A DNA stretch of 63,717 bases, filler included, from Basidiobolus ranarum (GCA_040143965.1; 19 parts of 19 records of this genome joined end to end with filler, not necessarily neighbours in it), one strand, 5' to 3'. Counted from the whole stretch's first letter, positions 1 through 12,859 are shown. Notes: a model not told the origin generated them from the sequence alone. Numbers and translations: made by a program.

Positions 1-180
1 CATATATATAAATTATATGTTCCGATTTTCAGCTAAGTGATATTTGACTAAATAATGTTGACTAACTAATATGTGATATATGAAATAGTTAGGTGTATAA
101 AGTTAGGGATAACATATATGATAAAGACAATAAACTTGAACACTCCCACTCAACTAAATATTCATATATCCTAAACTTCA
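1..180 (-). mobile_element. Copia family A: polypurine tract and start of 3' LTR
   Basis: Reverse complement matches about 4780-4950 (AGTTGAGTGGGAG then TGTT...). LTR starts at 142. Confidence 0.85.
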
Positions 181-194
181 ACAAAAATATCATT

Positions 195-2173
195 AGCATT
201 CAAAATGCAAGCAAAATCAAAATTAAAATTGGCTTCCAAGCCAAAGCCTGCTTCCACAAAAAGAAAAAACTAGCAAGAACAGAGAACTTAATTGAGGAGC
301 AGTCTAGTGCTCCACTATCTGCTTTGCAAGGCATCAACATGTCAGAAACTAACTCCAGTAATGATGAATTATTAATCAGTTTATAAGTTGTTTTCCATTC
401 CAGTGACAGTGCAAGTGAAGAGATTTTACTCCCTCAATTATGTAGTAAAACAATAGTTGAGCAAAGTTTGACAGAAACACTAACAAGACCTTCTACTTCC
501 AAAATGGCTGCTTTGCCCTTGATCAAACAACCCTTGGTGGAAAATTTGCATAGAATTATAACAAGGAAATTGCCGGCAGAACACTGTAGTTATTGGTATC
601 CAATCATAAGTAAAAGCTACAAAGATGCTATATGGGCCATGACAACTAATATTGCCACAATATCACAATTAATGCATGGTTCAGAAGCAACTAGTCAACA
701 TTTAGAGAGTCATTCATTAATGATACAAGACCTTTGGAATGCAGTACTTGAGCTACAGCAAGGTGCTGCTCCCTCTGTCCATTCTCATATGGGCTTTCAA
801 TCAACCCCTCACCATACATATTAACATCACTATGATAATATAGTAGAGCAGAGTATGTGTTAGACCATTACACCTAAACAACAACCCAAAACTGCATGGG
901 CACATGAAAGCAGTAATCTCATAGAAAAACTGGCAAACCAACAGACTCTGAATGTCAGAGCTGCCATCACTTGCTCTGATGATGAGTGATTTAACATTTT
1001 GGAAACTGTGCAGAATCTTGCCCAATATCACCTGGATTTGAGCCAATTATGGAAAAACCAAAAGCCAGGCCTTACTCTGAAGGTTCTTTACTTATTTAAT
1101 GTAGCTTATTCTGGGTTTTTGCAAGCAAATAGCAATTGGGCTAGTATGGGCCTATTCACAAAATATTTCAAAAATGTATGCAATTATTGCCTTGGAAAAG
1201 AAAGAGAGCAGCAAACAAAGTAGTCAAGGAGCAGGAAGTTAGTAAACCCAAGGCAAAAGCAAAGGAGCAAGTGAGTTTAGGCTCTACTCTCCAACTTACC
1301 AAGTTCCTCACACCATTACAAAGATCTGCATTTCCAGAGTCAGACATACTAGAAAAAGCTTGAATACACCATGGAACCAGATACACCAGTTGGAAGAGTG
1401 CTAAATTTGGAAGTTTATCCAACACCAGGCACCTCCCAACAAGCCATAAGACCAGCAAATAAAACCCACGGCTCTCCAACCTCAACTGGTACTTTTCAAA
1501 GTGTTGAAATTAGTCCCAAAGTTAAAGGCAAGCAAAAGCCACACAAACACCACAAAGCACCCTCAGTAGTGTCACACTAGAAGGACATACATGCAGTATT
1601 TTCATTAGTGTAAAGGGATAAATGTAATGCAAGTATACACAAAGTGGCTTCAGAGGAAGAACATTCAACTTGACATGCAGTCTGGTGAGGATAATGTAGA
1701 TATCTGGGAAGAACATAATACAGAGTGGCACAATATTGCAGGGTAACTGCCAGATAGCTGGAAGAATGTAAATTTAGCAACACTAATACAATGGTGGGCT
1801 TTGATGGAGATATTGATAAAGCTTGTGTTGGATACGAGCTAACCCTCAGGTATAAAAAAATCTATAACAATGTTCAGGATAATATATCAACATAACTAGA
1901 CATTTTGAAGATGACAAATCAGCATTCAAGTGGTAAATGTGTAAAATTTGAGTTATGTTGTTGTACATGTGTCGATCCATAGTTCTCTGAGATTGTAGCC
2001 AATTATGTGCAAGTATTTTGCAAGATCTTGAAACTTCACTCATATTGATGAAAAAATTTATTAAAATCAAATCCAACTTGACAATTTTATGATGGTAAGT
2101 AAATCATCAATCGGAAATGGATTAAAATTGTTATGCCTTTCCTAGAATAACAATGATCAAATCTCTGTGAGAG
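195..2173 (+). mobile_element. CACTA-like element fragment: decayed accessory ORF-X plus degenerate terminus A
   Basis: Colinear with 57670-59060 and, inverted, with 2323-3271. Ends in ATCTCTGTGAGAG, a decayed reverse complement of CCCTAACAGAAAT. Many stops and frameshifts. Confidence 0.75.
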
Positions 2174-2322
2174 ATATCCCTCCATAGACAATTTGGATTG
2201 TATTTTTACAACAAGGGAACATCTGGCACATCCCTGCAACAATTTACATGCAATCAAAGTAAATACTTCGAATTGCTATAAATGCCATGAGATTCAATAA
2301 CACCACCATGTTGCAACAAATA

Positions 2323-3271
2323 CCCTAACAGATATTTTGAGGATTGTTATTGTAGGAAAACCATCACAATTTAAATCCATTTGGGATGGCCCATTTACTT
2401 ACCATCATATATTTGCCAATTTAGATTTAATTTTAATCAAATTTTTCATTATTAGGAGTCAAATTTCAAGATATTGCAAAATACTTGCACACAATTGGCT
2501 ACAGTCTCAGAGAACTATGGATCAACACATGTGTAATAACATAACTCAGATTTTACACCATTACCACTTAAATGCAAATTTTCATCTTCAAAATCCCTAG
2601 TTTCTTTGATGTATCATCCTGAATATTGTTATAGATTTCTTCATATGCAGGGTTTAGCTCCTATCCAACACAAGTTTGTATCAATCTCTCCATCAAAGCC
2701 CACCATTGTAATAATGTTGCTCAATCAACATTCTTCTAGCTTTCTGGCAGATATCCCTGCAATAGTGTGCCACTCTTTATCAAGTTCTTCCAAGATATCT
2801 GCATGGTCAACACCAGACTGCACGTCAAGTTGAATGTTCTTCTCCTGAAGCCACTCTCTGCATACTTGCACTGCATTTTCCCCTTCATACTTTTGAAAAT
2901 ACTCCTCAAGCACTTTGACTATTTTTGTATGTCCTTGTAGTGTTACACTACTGAGGGTGCTTTGTGGTGTTTGTGCACTTTTTGCTTGCCTTTAACTTTA
3001 AGGCTAATTTCAACACTTCGAAAAGTAGCAGTTGAGGTTGAAGAGCCGTGAGTTTTTGCCTTTGCCGTGAATTTACTAACTTCCTGCCCGTTGAATACTT
3101 ATCTAGCTGCTTTTCTTTCTTTTCCAAGTTGAAAATAGCATACATTTTTCAGATGTTTCATGAATAGGCCTATACTAGCCTAATTGCTACTTGCTTGCAA
3201 AAGCCCTGGATAAGCCCCATGAGAAAAGTCAAGAACTCTCAGAGTAATGCCTGGTTTATGGTTGTTCTACA
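2323..3271 (-). mobile_element. CACTA-like element: terminus A (CCCTAACAG) plus 3' part of ORF-X
   Basis: Starts CCCTAACAGATATTTTGAGG, matching 60023 and 46768. The minus strand encodes ...VTLQGHTKIVKVLEEYFQKY...ARKLEEC*, the ORF-X C-terminus. Confidence 0.8.
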
Positions 3272-3371
3272 NNNNNNNNNNNNNNNNNNNNNNNNNNNNN
3301 NNNNNNNNNNNNNNNTTAATTAATTAANNNNNNNNNNNNNNNNNNNNNNNNNNNNNNNNNNNNNNNNNNNN
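3272..3371. other. Artificial contig linker (first of 18)
   Basis: 44N-TTAATTAATTAA-44N. Identical linkers start at 6642, 10011, 13378, 16744, 20108, 23471, 26833, 30193, 33552, 36910, 40267, 43620, 46973, 50326, 53677, 57026 and 60373. Contig lengths run down from 3271 to 3245. Confidence 0.99.
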
Positions 3372-4811
3372 GATAACCAAACTTGGACTTTGGTTTAGTT
3401 ACCTGATGACCAAAAATCAATTGGATGCAAATAGGTGTTTAAAGTTAAACAGCAAGCTGATGGATCTGTAGAAAGATATTAAGCCAGACTTGCGGCTAAA
3501 GGAGACTCTTAATTGGAAGGAGTGGACTACAATGAAACTTTTGCTCCTGTAGCAAAGTTTAATTCCATCAGAACCATACTAGCAGTAGCAGCAAAACACA
3601 GCTTAAAAATCCATCAAATGGATGTTAAAACTGCTTTTTTGAATGGGGACTTGGAAGAGGATATATTCATGGATCAACCAGATGGTTTTGTGGATCCTGA
3701 GCACCCAGAGGACGTGTGTAAGCTACAGAAATCACTCTATGGACTTAAACAATCACCCAGGGCCTGGTACACTAAGATAGACTCATACTTGGAATCACTT
3801 GATTTCCAAAAGAGTACGGCGGATTTTGGGATCTACTTTAAGACAGATAAGGACAGTAAGGTGATACTTGCCTTATATGTAGATGATCTGATTATAGCTA
3901 CCAATAATGATGAAGCTCTCAGGAACACCAAAAGAGATCTATCAGTCCAATTCAAGATGACCGATTTAGGCAAACTTACGTATTTTTTAGGCCTGCAGAT
4001 CCATACAGATATATTGAGCAAATCTATCACTCTGAATCAATCTAAATACATCTCAGACATTCTCAGACGTTACAGGATGGAGAATTGCAAGCCAGTAGCA
4101 ACTCCCATGGATCCAGGTGTGAAATTAGTCAAAAATCCCATCAAAAATGATGAAAATCGGCCAAATATGGCTCAAAATATGTCATTTGAAAGCCCTGAGT
4201 TCCCTTATCAATCTATGGTAGGTAGTTTGATCTATGTTACAACTGGAACCTGGCCAGATATCTCTTTTGCAGTGTGAGTAGTCAGCCAACATTTGTAAAA
4301 CCCAGGATCTGAACATTATGCAGCAGTTAAGCGGATTTTCAGATATTTGAAGGGGACATTTGATATGATATCAAGAATCACATATTGTTATGAGAATAAG
4401 GATCCAATTGGGTTTAGTGATGCAGATTGTTGACATGATATAGAGGACCAAAAATCTATTGCTGGATGTACCTTTCTCTACAGTGAAGTGGCCATATTGT
4501 GGAATAGCAAGAAACAACCCACTGTAGCCTTTCAACAACTGAAGCAGAATGCATGGCAGCATCACATACAAAAAAGGAGGCTATGTGGTTAAGGAAACTC
4601 TTCAAAGACTTGTGCATTTTTCAAAGTTCACCCACCATAATTTTCAAGAATAATCAAAGGAAGATATTGAGAATAAGCACATCCAACTGCAGTACTGTCC
4701 AACTGAGGACATAATTGCTGACATCCTTACCAAACCATTACCCAAGCCAAAACCTGAAAAATTAAGATTAAAGTTAGGACTAAGATATATGAATATTTAG
4801 TTGAATGGGAG
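3372..4811 (+). mobile_element. Copia family A RT-RNase H pseudogene and PPT
   Basis: [41 protein letters not shown] and IADILTKPL motifs, with in-frame stops. Purine tract TTGAATGGGAG precedes the LTR. Confidence 0.95.
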
Positions 4812-5187
4812 TGTTGAAGTTTATTATCTTTTTCATATTTTTTATCTCTATCTTTATACCCCTATCTATTTTATATATCACATAAAAGTTAGTTAACATT
4901 ACTTAGTCAAATATCACTTAGCTGAAATTGGAGCATATATTATATATATATATATAATGTGAGAATTAGCAATTCCATATTGGATATTTCAAACTTGTCC
5001 AAATTACCCCAAAGATAGCTAATTTTACTCTCACAGATGTTCTGAACACAACTCCAGTGTTAGGTTTTGGTATTTCCACCAAAATGTATAAATGCTTTAT
5101 TTCTCAACAATAAATGATCAACTCACAAAAGCTATTCACAACTCCACTTTTCTATAGTTCCTCCAAACAGTCCATATTTTCCCAATA
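4812..5187 (+). repeat. Copia family A 3' LTR (376 bp, TGTTG...CAATA)
   Basis: Follows the PPT. Homologous to 39431-39809 and 61319-61552. Confidence 0.9.
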
Positions 5188-5299
5188 TAGTCCAGGTCAA
5201 AAGGGAACACAGTGTCTTTGACACAATTTCTCTTAATGTTAAAGATAAGTGCTTAAATCAATGTTCATGAGTGGAAACTACCAAGAAGGGTTTGAAATG

Positions 5300-5579
5300 C
5301 CCTGAAGAACACCTGCTAAATATGTTCTGTTGCCAATATGCTGTTTCTAAGAATATAATCTTCAACTTTAACTTAAGACAATTCTTTAACTTTAAGTTAA
5401 AACCAAGAGCAGATATTAAAATGCTGGCTATTAGAGGTACTATTTTAGGGAATGAAATGAAATGTATTGGAGTATGTACTACTGATCAGGATATCATAGT
5501 TACAATCCTGAATAGTGTGCCACACAAATTTCAGAGCTTATTAATGGCTCTGGAATTGAGAACTGCAGATTTGACCTAA
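5300..5579 (+). pseudogene. Copia gag fragment
   Basis: DQDIIVTILNSVPHKFQSLLMALELRTADLT matches the gag at 56248-56505. Confidence 0.7.
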
Positions 5580-5584
5580 TATCC

Positions 5585-5939
5585 ACTGAAATGTGCATTA
5601 CCAAAGCATCTGTATAGTCATATATAGCTTAGTATAGAGTTATCTTATATTAACTCAATATATTGCTCATAATTCTCAAACTGAACTTACTTGGACTATT
5701 CTTTTTGACTTAGAAGTTGCTGAATATATGAATTTTTCAAACTCATGCTAGAAGCCCCAGACTTTGCAAACAAGCTTCTGTGACCTTTCTTAACATATTT
5801 TATCTCTTACTTTGCTTACACTTGGATAGAAGTATATATATCAACTTTCTACTCAGTCAATGAACAGTGAAAACCTTCAATTTCTCTAATTTTCCCAACC
5901 TCTTCCAACAGGTTCCCAAATACTTCAACAGTTATGAGC
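5585..5939 (+). repeat. Copia family B LTR (old) with truncated PBS
   Basis: Homologous to 5940-6286. Ends TTCAACA at 5930, then GTTATGAGC. Confidence 0.75.
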
Positions 5940-6393
5940 TGTTGAAATTAGCTTTGCCTAAGCACCTATACTGTCATGTATAGCTTAGTACTTTGTTGTC
6001 TCATATTTCAATAAGATTTGACCTATCATTCTCAATTGGTACTTACTAAGAACATTTCTACCAACTTGGAAGTTCTAAGATATATAGATAGTTTAACTTG
6101 TGGTAGAAGCCCCAAACTATGCACACATGTTCCTGGGACCTTTCTGAACATATTCTACATGTTGATTTGTTTACATCTTGATAAAACTTTAAATGTCAAC
6201 TTAAAACTCAATAAATCAACAAGTGGAAACCACCAATTTTTCTAATTCTCCAAACCACTTCTAACAGGCTCCCAAATCCTTTAAAAGGTTATAAGCCCCA
6301 AGCTGCACTGTCTGAAATGTCTACTTCTCAAATTTGTAAAACTTTTCCCTTTTCTTAAAAAATTGAATGGAACTAATTAACAAGTTGAGAAAA
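5940..6393 (+). mobile_element. Copia family B 5' LTR (5940-6286), PBS (6287-6298) and gag start
   Basis: TGTTGAAATTAGC start, PBS GGTTATAAGCCC, then ATG TCT ACT TCT. Matches the minus-strand copy at 38545-39133. Confidence 0.85.
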
Positions 6394-6641
6394 TGTTGGA
6401 TAATTAATCTTTATTCAACATCATAGTTAACTTTAGTTATGTTACATATATCAGAAACAGAGAGCAATGTACCTCTGGCCCCTATATTCCAAATAGGAAT
6501 ATCTCTATAACTATATAACAAGTATGTAGTATTACCCCCACATATCTATTATATCTTATTACACAAACTCCTGAATATCTCAAACAATTGATTTACTTTT
6601 CTACTATAGAAGTAACCATATACTATTTAGAATAAAGCAAC
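6394..6641 (+). repeat. Copia family C LTR (partial), inserted in family B gag
   Basis: TGTTGGATAATTAATC start. Reverse complement of about 59140-59385, which follows a PPT and RNase H. Confidence 0.75.
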
Positions 6642-8143
6642 NNNNNNNNNNNNNNNNNNNNNNNNNNNNNNNNNNNNNNNNNNNNTTAATTAATTAANNN
6701 NNNNNNNNNNNNNNNNNNNNNNNNNNNNNNNNNNNNNNNNNTAATTAATATATGTCTTGGGAATAGCAGTGGGTTGCTATGTTATGGTAGAGATGACATC
6801 TACCCAAGTTGAACTTGGAATTTCCAACATCTTAAACGAAATTCAAAACCAAAAAGCAACTCTAATATTGAGATCGGAACTGTGCTACGAGCTATTTCCC
6901 TAATGTCAATAAATCTAATTTGCTAACTCCTTAAACTGCTGCACGCCCACCCTACCGAAGACTACAATGAAGTTGGAGATAAACCGGATAAGTCGATCTT
7001 CCACTTGAGATAGGCATTCATGCTAGGAAACACGTATTTATGGACGATCAGTAGGCTCCTGGTAGATACACAAAAGGGCATTACCTGCTGACTGGAAAAT
7101 TCTTTTGCCAGTGCATCCAGCATGTCTTTTCGCTACTTCACGACAACTACTGCCAAAGTTAGTTTAAGCTGACTATCCAGTTCTTGAGCGGGAGCGCATT
7201 ACTCTTCAATAGGATAGAGATTAACACCTGACTTGAAAGGAAATGGCTAACACATATCATTTGCGAAGTACAAAGATCAAGCATCGGCCTTGATCGTACA
7301 GGTTATTTTCTGCCTCACTGGCAATTAACCAGAGTCATGCGTAATATTTTCCCTAACTTACGCCCTGCTTTCAAGAGTTGAACGTTTGTGATTGACATCC
7401 ACTAGTGTTACACTATATAACTCATGCTTTTCTCGAGCATCTGTTGGTCAGATTGATAATCTGTAACTGTCCTAGCAGAGTTACTCTCTAAGATGTTGAA
7501 ACATTCCTTTGAAGGGTGATCCAGCCTGCAGTTAGAAAAAAACGTGGGCTATTTCATTGGTATATGTGCCCAATATCTCGCTTGCTATACTGCTGTTACA
7601 TCAGCAGAAAACGTTTCAAAAGCAGTGGTTAGTGTCGGATATGAGCATTGTGCTAGCTGTTGGGAGTGTAGGCGTAGTCCTCTCGTGCTCTCATTATAGT
7701 ATGTTCATATCAGAGACAACATTGGTGCTGAAATAGAAAAGCTCACTCTCGATTATTGTGCATAGCTGAAAGACCTCCGAGTATAAAACTTCTCTTGTAG
7801 CAACAATACGTTGGGCAATATTATTTCTATGTAGTAGAATACCTCTGAACTTGAAGGATCTCACAGGATGCTATATACAGGTGAGGCCTTCATTGAATAG
7901 AGTTTTGCTTAATTTGCAGAATGCCTTAGGGTCAGCTACATATGCATTCAATATGAATGAAAATGCAATAGAAGTATATCAGCTGCTTCGGAGCTTCATC
8001 TGCAAGTATATATGGATACCTAACCAATGAGCAGTAATCTTTCTTTAATACATCTGGACTGGAGAAGAAAATCCCATACACTATTGCATTTATACTGGCA
8101 GAAGAATGTGCTACCTTATTCTAATGATGATCTTTAGTCCAAT

Positions 8144-8321
8144 GGACTTGTTCCCTGTGATAGTGCCAGATTGTGCTCTATATATCATATTTGATAATAC
8201 TAAAATTTATGTAGCACAATTTGGTCCTGTCCAGCATCCTTTGGCATTATCAATTTAAGTCACATTTACTCTAATATAATGAGCCAAGGTCTCATAAACC
8301 CTGGCACAATGGAACAATTCC
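8144..8321. mobile_element. MITE-1 (178 bp, TIR GGACTTGTTC..TGTG, AAT target-site duplication)
   Basis: aat|GGACTTGTTCCCTGTG...CACAATGGAACAATTCC|aat. Second copy at 55915-56096. Confidence 0.85.
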
Positions 8322-8596
8322 AATGGAGTGGATAAGTATCCTGTTGGTTGTGCCTATATAGCTACTGCTGGAGGATCAGGAGATAATTTGGATACACTGG
8401 GTTACTTAGAGACAACTTGTGATACTGTTGTAGTTTGTTAGGTATCACCGATGCACACAATGATATTCCCTTTCCCCACATGACCTTTTATACTTGCCCA
8501 ATTGCAAAGTTGTCCAAATTCATCTATCAGTTGCTATAGAAACCTGTCAAGATTACCAGGGGATTATGGGCCAGATATCAGTGAGAGCACTATAAT

Positions 8597-8755
8597 AGAC
8601 TTGTTCCATCAGACCAGGTTAGATTTTGCCATCTGATCCAGCCTGCTAACACACTATCTAGCACAATCTATCAGTTACTATTGACAGATTAGCCAGGTCC
8701 TATGAAATATAATCAGACACTATATGGTACAATATGGCACCATCCCACCACAATC
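8597..8755 (+). mobile_element. MITE-2 / non-autonomous element with AGACTTGTTCCAT terminus
   Basis: Preceded by AAT. Homologous inverted copies at 13478-13533 and 39134-39275. Far end not resolved. Confidence 0.6.
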
Positions 8756-9374
8756 AGAAAATGACTTTTAGAAAAATTGTGCCAGCTTATACAAAGTTAT
8801 CCAATTTAGTATTGCTAAATTGAGATTTTGGGTAACCAACAGGGCAAGCTCATCCTCTAGTATGAAACTTACCAATTGCTCAATATGTAACAAAAACAAT
8901 TTATACTGTAGCTTTCCCAATCAAATGTATGAGTGAGACATTGGCATGTGTATAGGCAAATTGTTTATCTCTTGTTCTTGCAATATCCTAATCTTCAATT
9001 GGGCTCAATAGTTCCTACATTATGAAAAGCCTGTAGTTTTAGCACACCAGTGGCAAATCACAGCACTGTGCACTGAATTGATCTGTATCAGGATACTCTT
9101 AATAAGGATTGCCTTAGCATCATTTTCAAACCAGCAAACTATTCATTGAAGCATGTACACTTATAATTGGGTAAATACAAGAATAGATTGTGTTGAATCC
9201 AGCCAATAAAGCTGCACAAGTCTTTTATTGACAGATATTTTTATTTTCTTGGGATGAAATTGAATTAATAGATATCATTGCATTTTTTTGATAAACAATG
9301 TTTTTACACAATCAGTGTTTCATAAAGACATATGTAATTATGATCAGGCTGAAGCAATACATGCCATATTGAAC

Positions 9375-9712
9375 CTCTAACAGAAATTTAAGCATTGTTA
9401 TTGGAGGAAAACTGTCACAATTTTAATCCACTTTGGATTGACCATTTACTTACCATCATAAAATCATCAAGTTAGATTTGATTTTAATCCATTTTTTCAG
9501 TTTCAGGAGTGAAATTCCAAGATCTTGCAAAACAGTTGCACACAATTGGCTACAAACACAGAGAACTATGAATCAACACAAGTGCAAAATATGTAACTCA
9601 AACTTCACACTGATACCACTTGAATGCTAATTTGTCACCTTGGAAATCCCTAGTTTCTTTGATATATTCCCCTGAATATTTTTACAGAGTTCTTCATACA
9701 CAAGGTTTAGCT
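9375..9712 (+). mobile_element. CACTA-like terminus A (old copy)
   Basis: CTCTAACAGAAATTTAAGC start, colinear with 60023-60372. Confidence 0.85.
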
Positions 9713-10111
9713 AATATCTGTCATGATTCTGCTCTTGGCATACTCATCCACTGCAAATAGAACTCTTCTATTATTATATTATGACATTGTATCTGCTGTG
9801 CCATCCCTTCTTGGCAGTCTTGTGTTAGTTCATTCAGGTTACCTTATATAGAATTCATGTTCTTTGGAACATTCCATGCAACCTAGCCAATCATGTCATC
9901 CCACACATAGTGTATTTCCACCAAGACCTTCCATGGAAGGTCACCTGATCATCCTTACATCATCTCTCTTTGTATTGGTCCTTGTAGTCCCCAACACCCC
10001 AACACTAGAANNNNNNNNNNNNNNNNNNNNNNNNNNNNNNNNNNNNNNNNNNNNTTAATTAATTAANNNNNNNNNNNNNNNNNNNNNNNNNNNNNNNNNN
10101 NNNNNNNNNNT

Positions 10112-11245
10112 CAGTCGGAGAATCCCGCTGAATACATACTAGAAGTTATTGGTGCCGGTACTTCTGGAAAATCATTGCAGGATTGGACTGAAGTGTGGAG
10201 AAACAGCCCAGAGGCAGTTGAAGTCAAGAAGGAATTACAAAATCTCAATGCAAATGCTACCAACGAAGTTAAGAATCCTAATGCCCGTGAATTTGCCACT
10301 AGTTCCGCATATCAATTGTGGGAAGTGTATAAACGCATCAACTTGATTTGGTGGAGAGATCCTTTTTTCAATCTCGGACGTATTGGGCAAGCTTTCTTCA
10401 TTGGCCTTCTTAACGGATTTACGTTCTGGAGGTTGTCACCAACTCCTAGTGAGCTACAACTACGTGCTTTGATTGTTTTCCAAGTTTTGATCCTGGGATT
10501 GACTTTGATTTTCTCCATTCAACCACAATTCATGGCTCAACGTGCCTTCTTCCGTCGTGATTACGCCTCGAAATATTACGGATTCTTTGCATTTGCCGTG
10601 TCAATGATCCTCGTAGAAATCCCTTATATGTGCGTAGCGGGTGCACTTGGCTTCTTGCCACTCTATTGGACGGCTGGATTGGAGACTACAGCGTTGGACG
10701 GATTTTACCTCTACATTCTCTTGGTCATTTTCCTGCTGTTCTCGATTTCGTTCGGACTCGCGATTGCTGCGATGTTACAAACTATGGCACAAGCGTCGAT
10801 CGTCACACCCATCCCCAATACATTTTTATTCTTATTTGCGGGTCTTTTGTCCCCGCCTGCCGCTATGGTGACCTTTTGGAGATCATGGATGTATCCCCTT
10901 GATCCTTATCATTATTTCCTGGAAGGATTTGTCACGACCATTTTCAACAACATGGTAGTAAGATGTGAGGAGGCCGATTTCATGCGATTCACTCCACCAA
11001 GTGGGCAAACGTGTGGTGCGTACAGTGCCGAATGGTTGAAGTACGCTACTGGTTATTTACAGGATCCATCGGCTACTGATGTATGTAAGTACTGTCAATA
11101 CTCGAGCGGCGCAGAATTCCTTCGAGTATTTGAATGGTCCATCGATCATAGGTGGAGAGACTTTGGCATTCTGTGGGCGTACTATGCCTTTAATGTGTCA
11201 GTTTTCATACTGTTTGTTTGGTTGAACAGGAAACCTAAGCGATAA
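10112..11245 (+). CDS. PDR/ABCG-type ABC transporter, C-terminal part (5' truncated by contig end)
   Basis: Open from the contig start (QSENPAEYILEVIGAG). ABC2 membrane domain (FRRDYASKYY, EIPY, WMYPLDP), PDR extracellular loop (PPSGQTCGAY...CKYCQY) and final helix RWRDFGI. Confidence 0.95.
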   Translation, partial: QSENPAEYILEVIGAGTSGKSLQDWTEVWRNSPEAVEVKKELQNLNANATNEVKNPNAREFATSSAYQLWEVYKRINLIWWRDPFFNLGRIGQAFFIGLLNGFTFWRLSPTPSELQLRALIVFQVLILGLTLIFSIQPQFMAQRAFFRRDYASKYYGFFAFAVSMILVEIPYMCVAGALGFLPLYWTAGLETTALDGFYLYILLVIFLLFSISFGLAIAAMLQTMAQASIVTPIPNTFLFLFAGLLSPPAAMVTFWRSWMYPLDPYHYFLEGFVTTIFNNMVVRCEEADFMRFTPPSGQTCGAYSAEWLKYATGYLQDPSATDVCKYCQYSSGAEFLRVFEWSIDHRWRDFGILWAYYAFNVSVFILFVWLNRKPKR

Positions 11246-12210
11246 ATGCACACCCATCCAAATCACCTATATCTTCATCCATTGTAGAAATAATATTTGT
11301 TTTAAAAACTAATTAATATTTATCAATAAATGAGTCCCTATTGATGACGCTTAGCCCATAAACTACAACCCATATACTTGGGAGAAACCGTTTACAACTT
11401 CCTGCATATCCTCATATATTATACAAACTCTTCCCTTGTTTAGAAATATTTTCCTTAACCTACCTATGCAAAAAATCTTAATATACCTAAATTCAAATGA
11501 ATAAAATTTTTTTGGAAATTATCAAACGAAAATTCCAAAGATAATCAGAATCCCACAATTCAAATCCCTTTGGCATTCGGTCAAAAAGGAACTGAATAAC
11601 TCGTGGGAAAATCAATTCTCAGTAGGAAACTTTTACCTGTTATTTTATAATAACAATTAGTTTTCTTATGATGTAAACCGGGTGTTATGACTAACTATTG
11701 ATTAGAAAAACCCAGGTGTATTCGGATTGCAACCCGAGTATCGCCGTTACTGACTTGAGAATCACCATCCTTAAACTTTCAAAATTAAAAATACGTTTAT
11801 TAGGGAATATGTTCGTTTCATTACCGGTTATACACCATATTCAGTTTCAAGAACTAAAATGAAGAATGTAGACTCTATTTCTTTTTTCAGTTTCTTAAAT
11901 GATGCTCACATACATGGAAAACTAAATATCGACAAGTGGGTATTGAATATGCAAGATATCGGTTATATGTGATTTGAAATTATGTATAGAATATGAGAAT
12001 GGAGGTTTATGCTGTGAGTTTTCTACAACTTATTTAATTGCGATATAGTCGTATTTTCATGAATATCTTCTGAATATTCTCAAATTATAGATATACTGTG
12101 AATCAATTTTTTCTTAAATTATTTATATTCACCAAACCTCCAATAAATTTAGGATTTTCTTGATCTGGTAAAGCTAGAATATTGCTTGGGACTACAGGTA
12201 AATATACGTG

Positions 12211-12262
12211 TACTATTATTGTTTAACTACGTATCTTACTATTATTGTTTAACTACGTATCT
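12211..12262. repeat. Perfect 26-bp tandem duplication
   Basis: TACTATTATTGTTTAACTACGTATCT x2. Confidence 0.9.
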
Positions 12263-12859
12263 TTGAGTAATAGTGAGAATATATGTATAAAATAAGCAGT
12301 AGTCGAGTCATAATTTATTCATACTGTAATGAAGCACCCTTGCTATTCATATATTGTTGTACCAAAAATCCATTGATAGTTGTTTTCAGCCTGAATAGAG
12401 AAGTACCTTGGTCGAAATGGAAAGTATCATCCGTGTATCGAAGTCCTATTTATAGCAGGCCTGGTGTTATCATTTACAATACACGTTTGATTGAATCTTG
12501 CGGAAATAGCCAGTAATCTCCGTTAATAACTGATGTCAAATTTCTAGTACAAGAGTACTAGTAGAGCTAAACATGCTAGTTTAACTTTGAGGTTACAGCT
12601 CCTTCAAAGCAATTGATGTCATTACTCTTATAATGTGGAACTTGATCAACTACAATTTAGTCATTTAAGCTCATAACAATCTATTCAGAGACAATGTTTT
12701 GATGTGGTACATATGGATTGATAACAAGGATACTCAGACTCAAGTATCTAAAAAATATTCTCCCATCATATCACTGATATAAAAGTATGTATAGAGAACA
12801 CTGATCACGACCTTTGAACCTTTACCAAGGTTCCAACCCCAGAGCTGTCGCTCACAAAA

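Larger units (their letters stand above)
7500..9200 (-). pseudogene. Highly decayed CACTA/Tnp2-type transposase (second subfamily)
   Basis: Minus strand near 8430-8590 reads VLSLISGP*SPGNLDRFL*QLIDEF...NIIVCIGDT, paralleling ILSTISGPKSP..IDSILEPFIVEF...NIIVYIGDTP at 44405-44560. Boundaries approximate. Confidence 0.55.

Noticed and set aside
11705-11780. tRNA-like hairpin TCGGGTTGCAATCCGA on the minus strand
   Set aside because: No TTC T-loop, and I could not build a convincing acceptor stem or cloverleaf.
12805-12850. Hairpin GAACCTT-TACC-AAGGTTC next to tRNA-Arg, resembling an anticodon arm
   Set aside because: Loop size is wrong, and there is no D or T arm.
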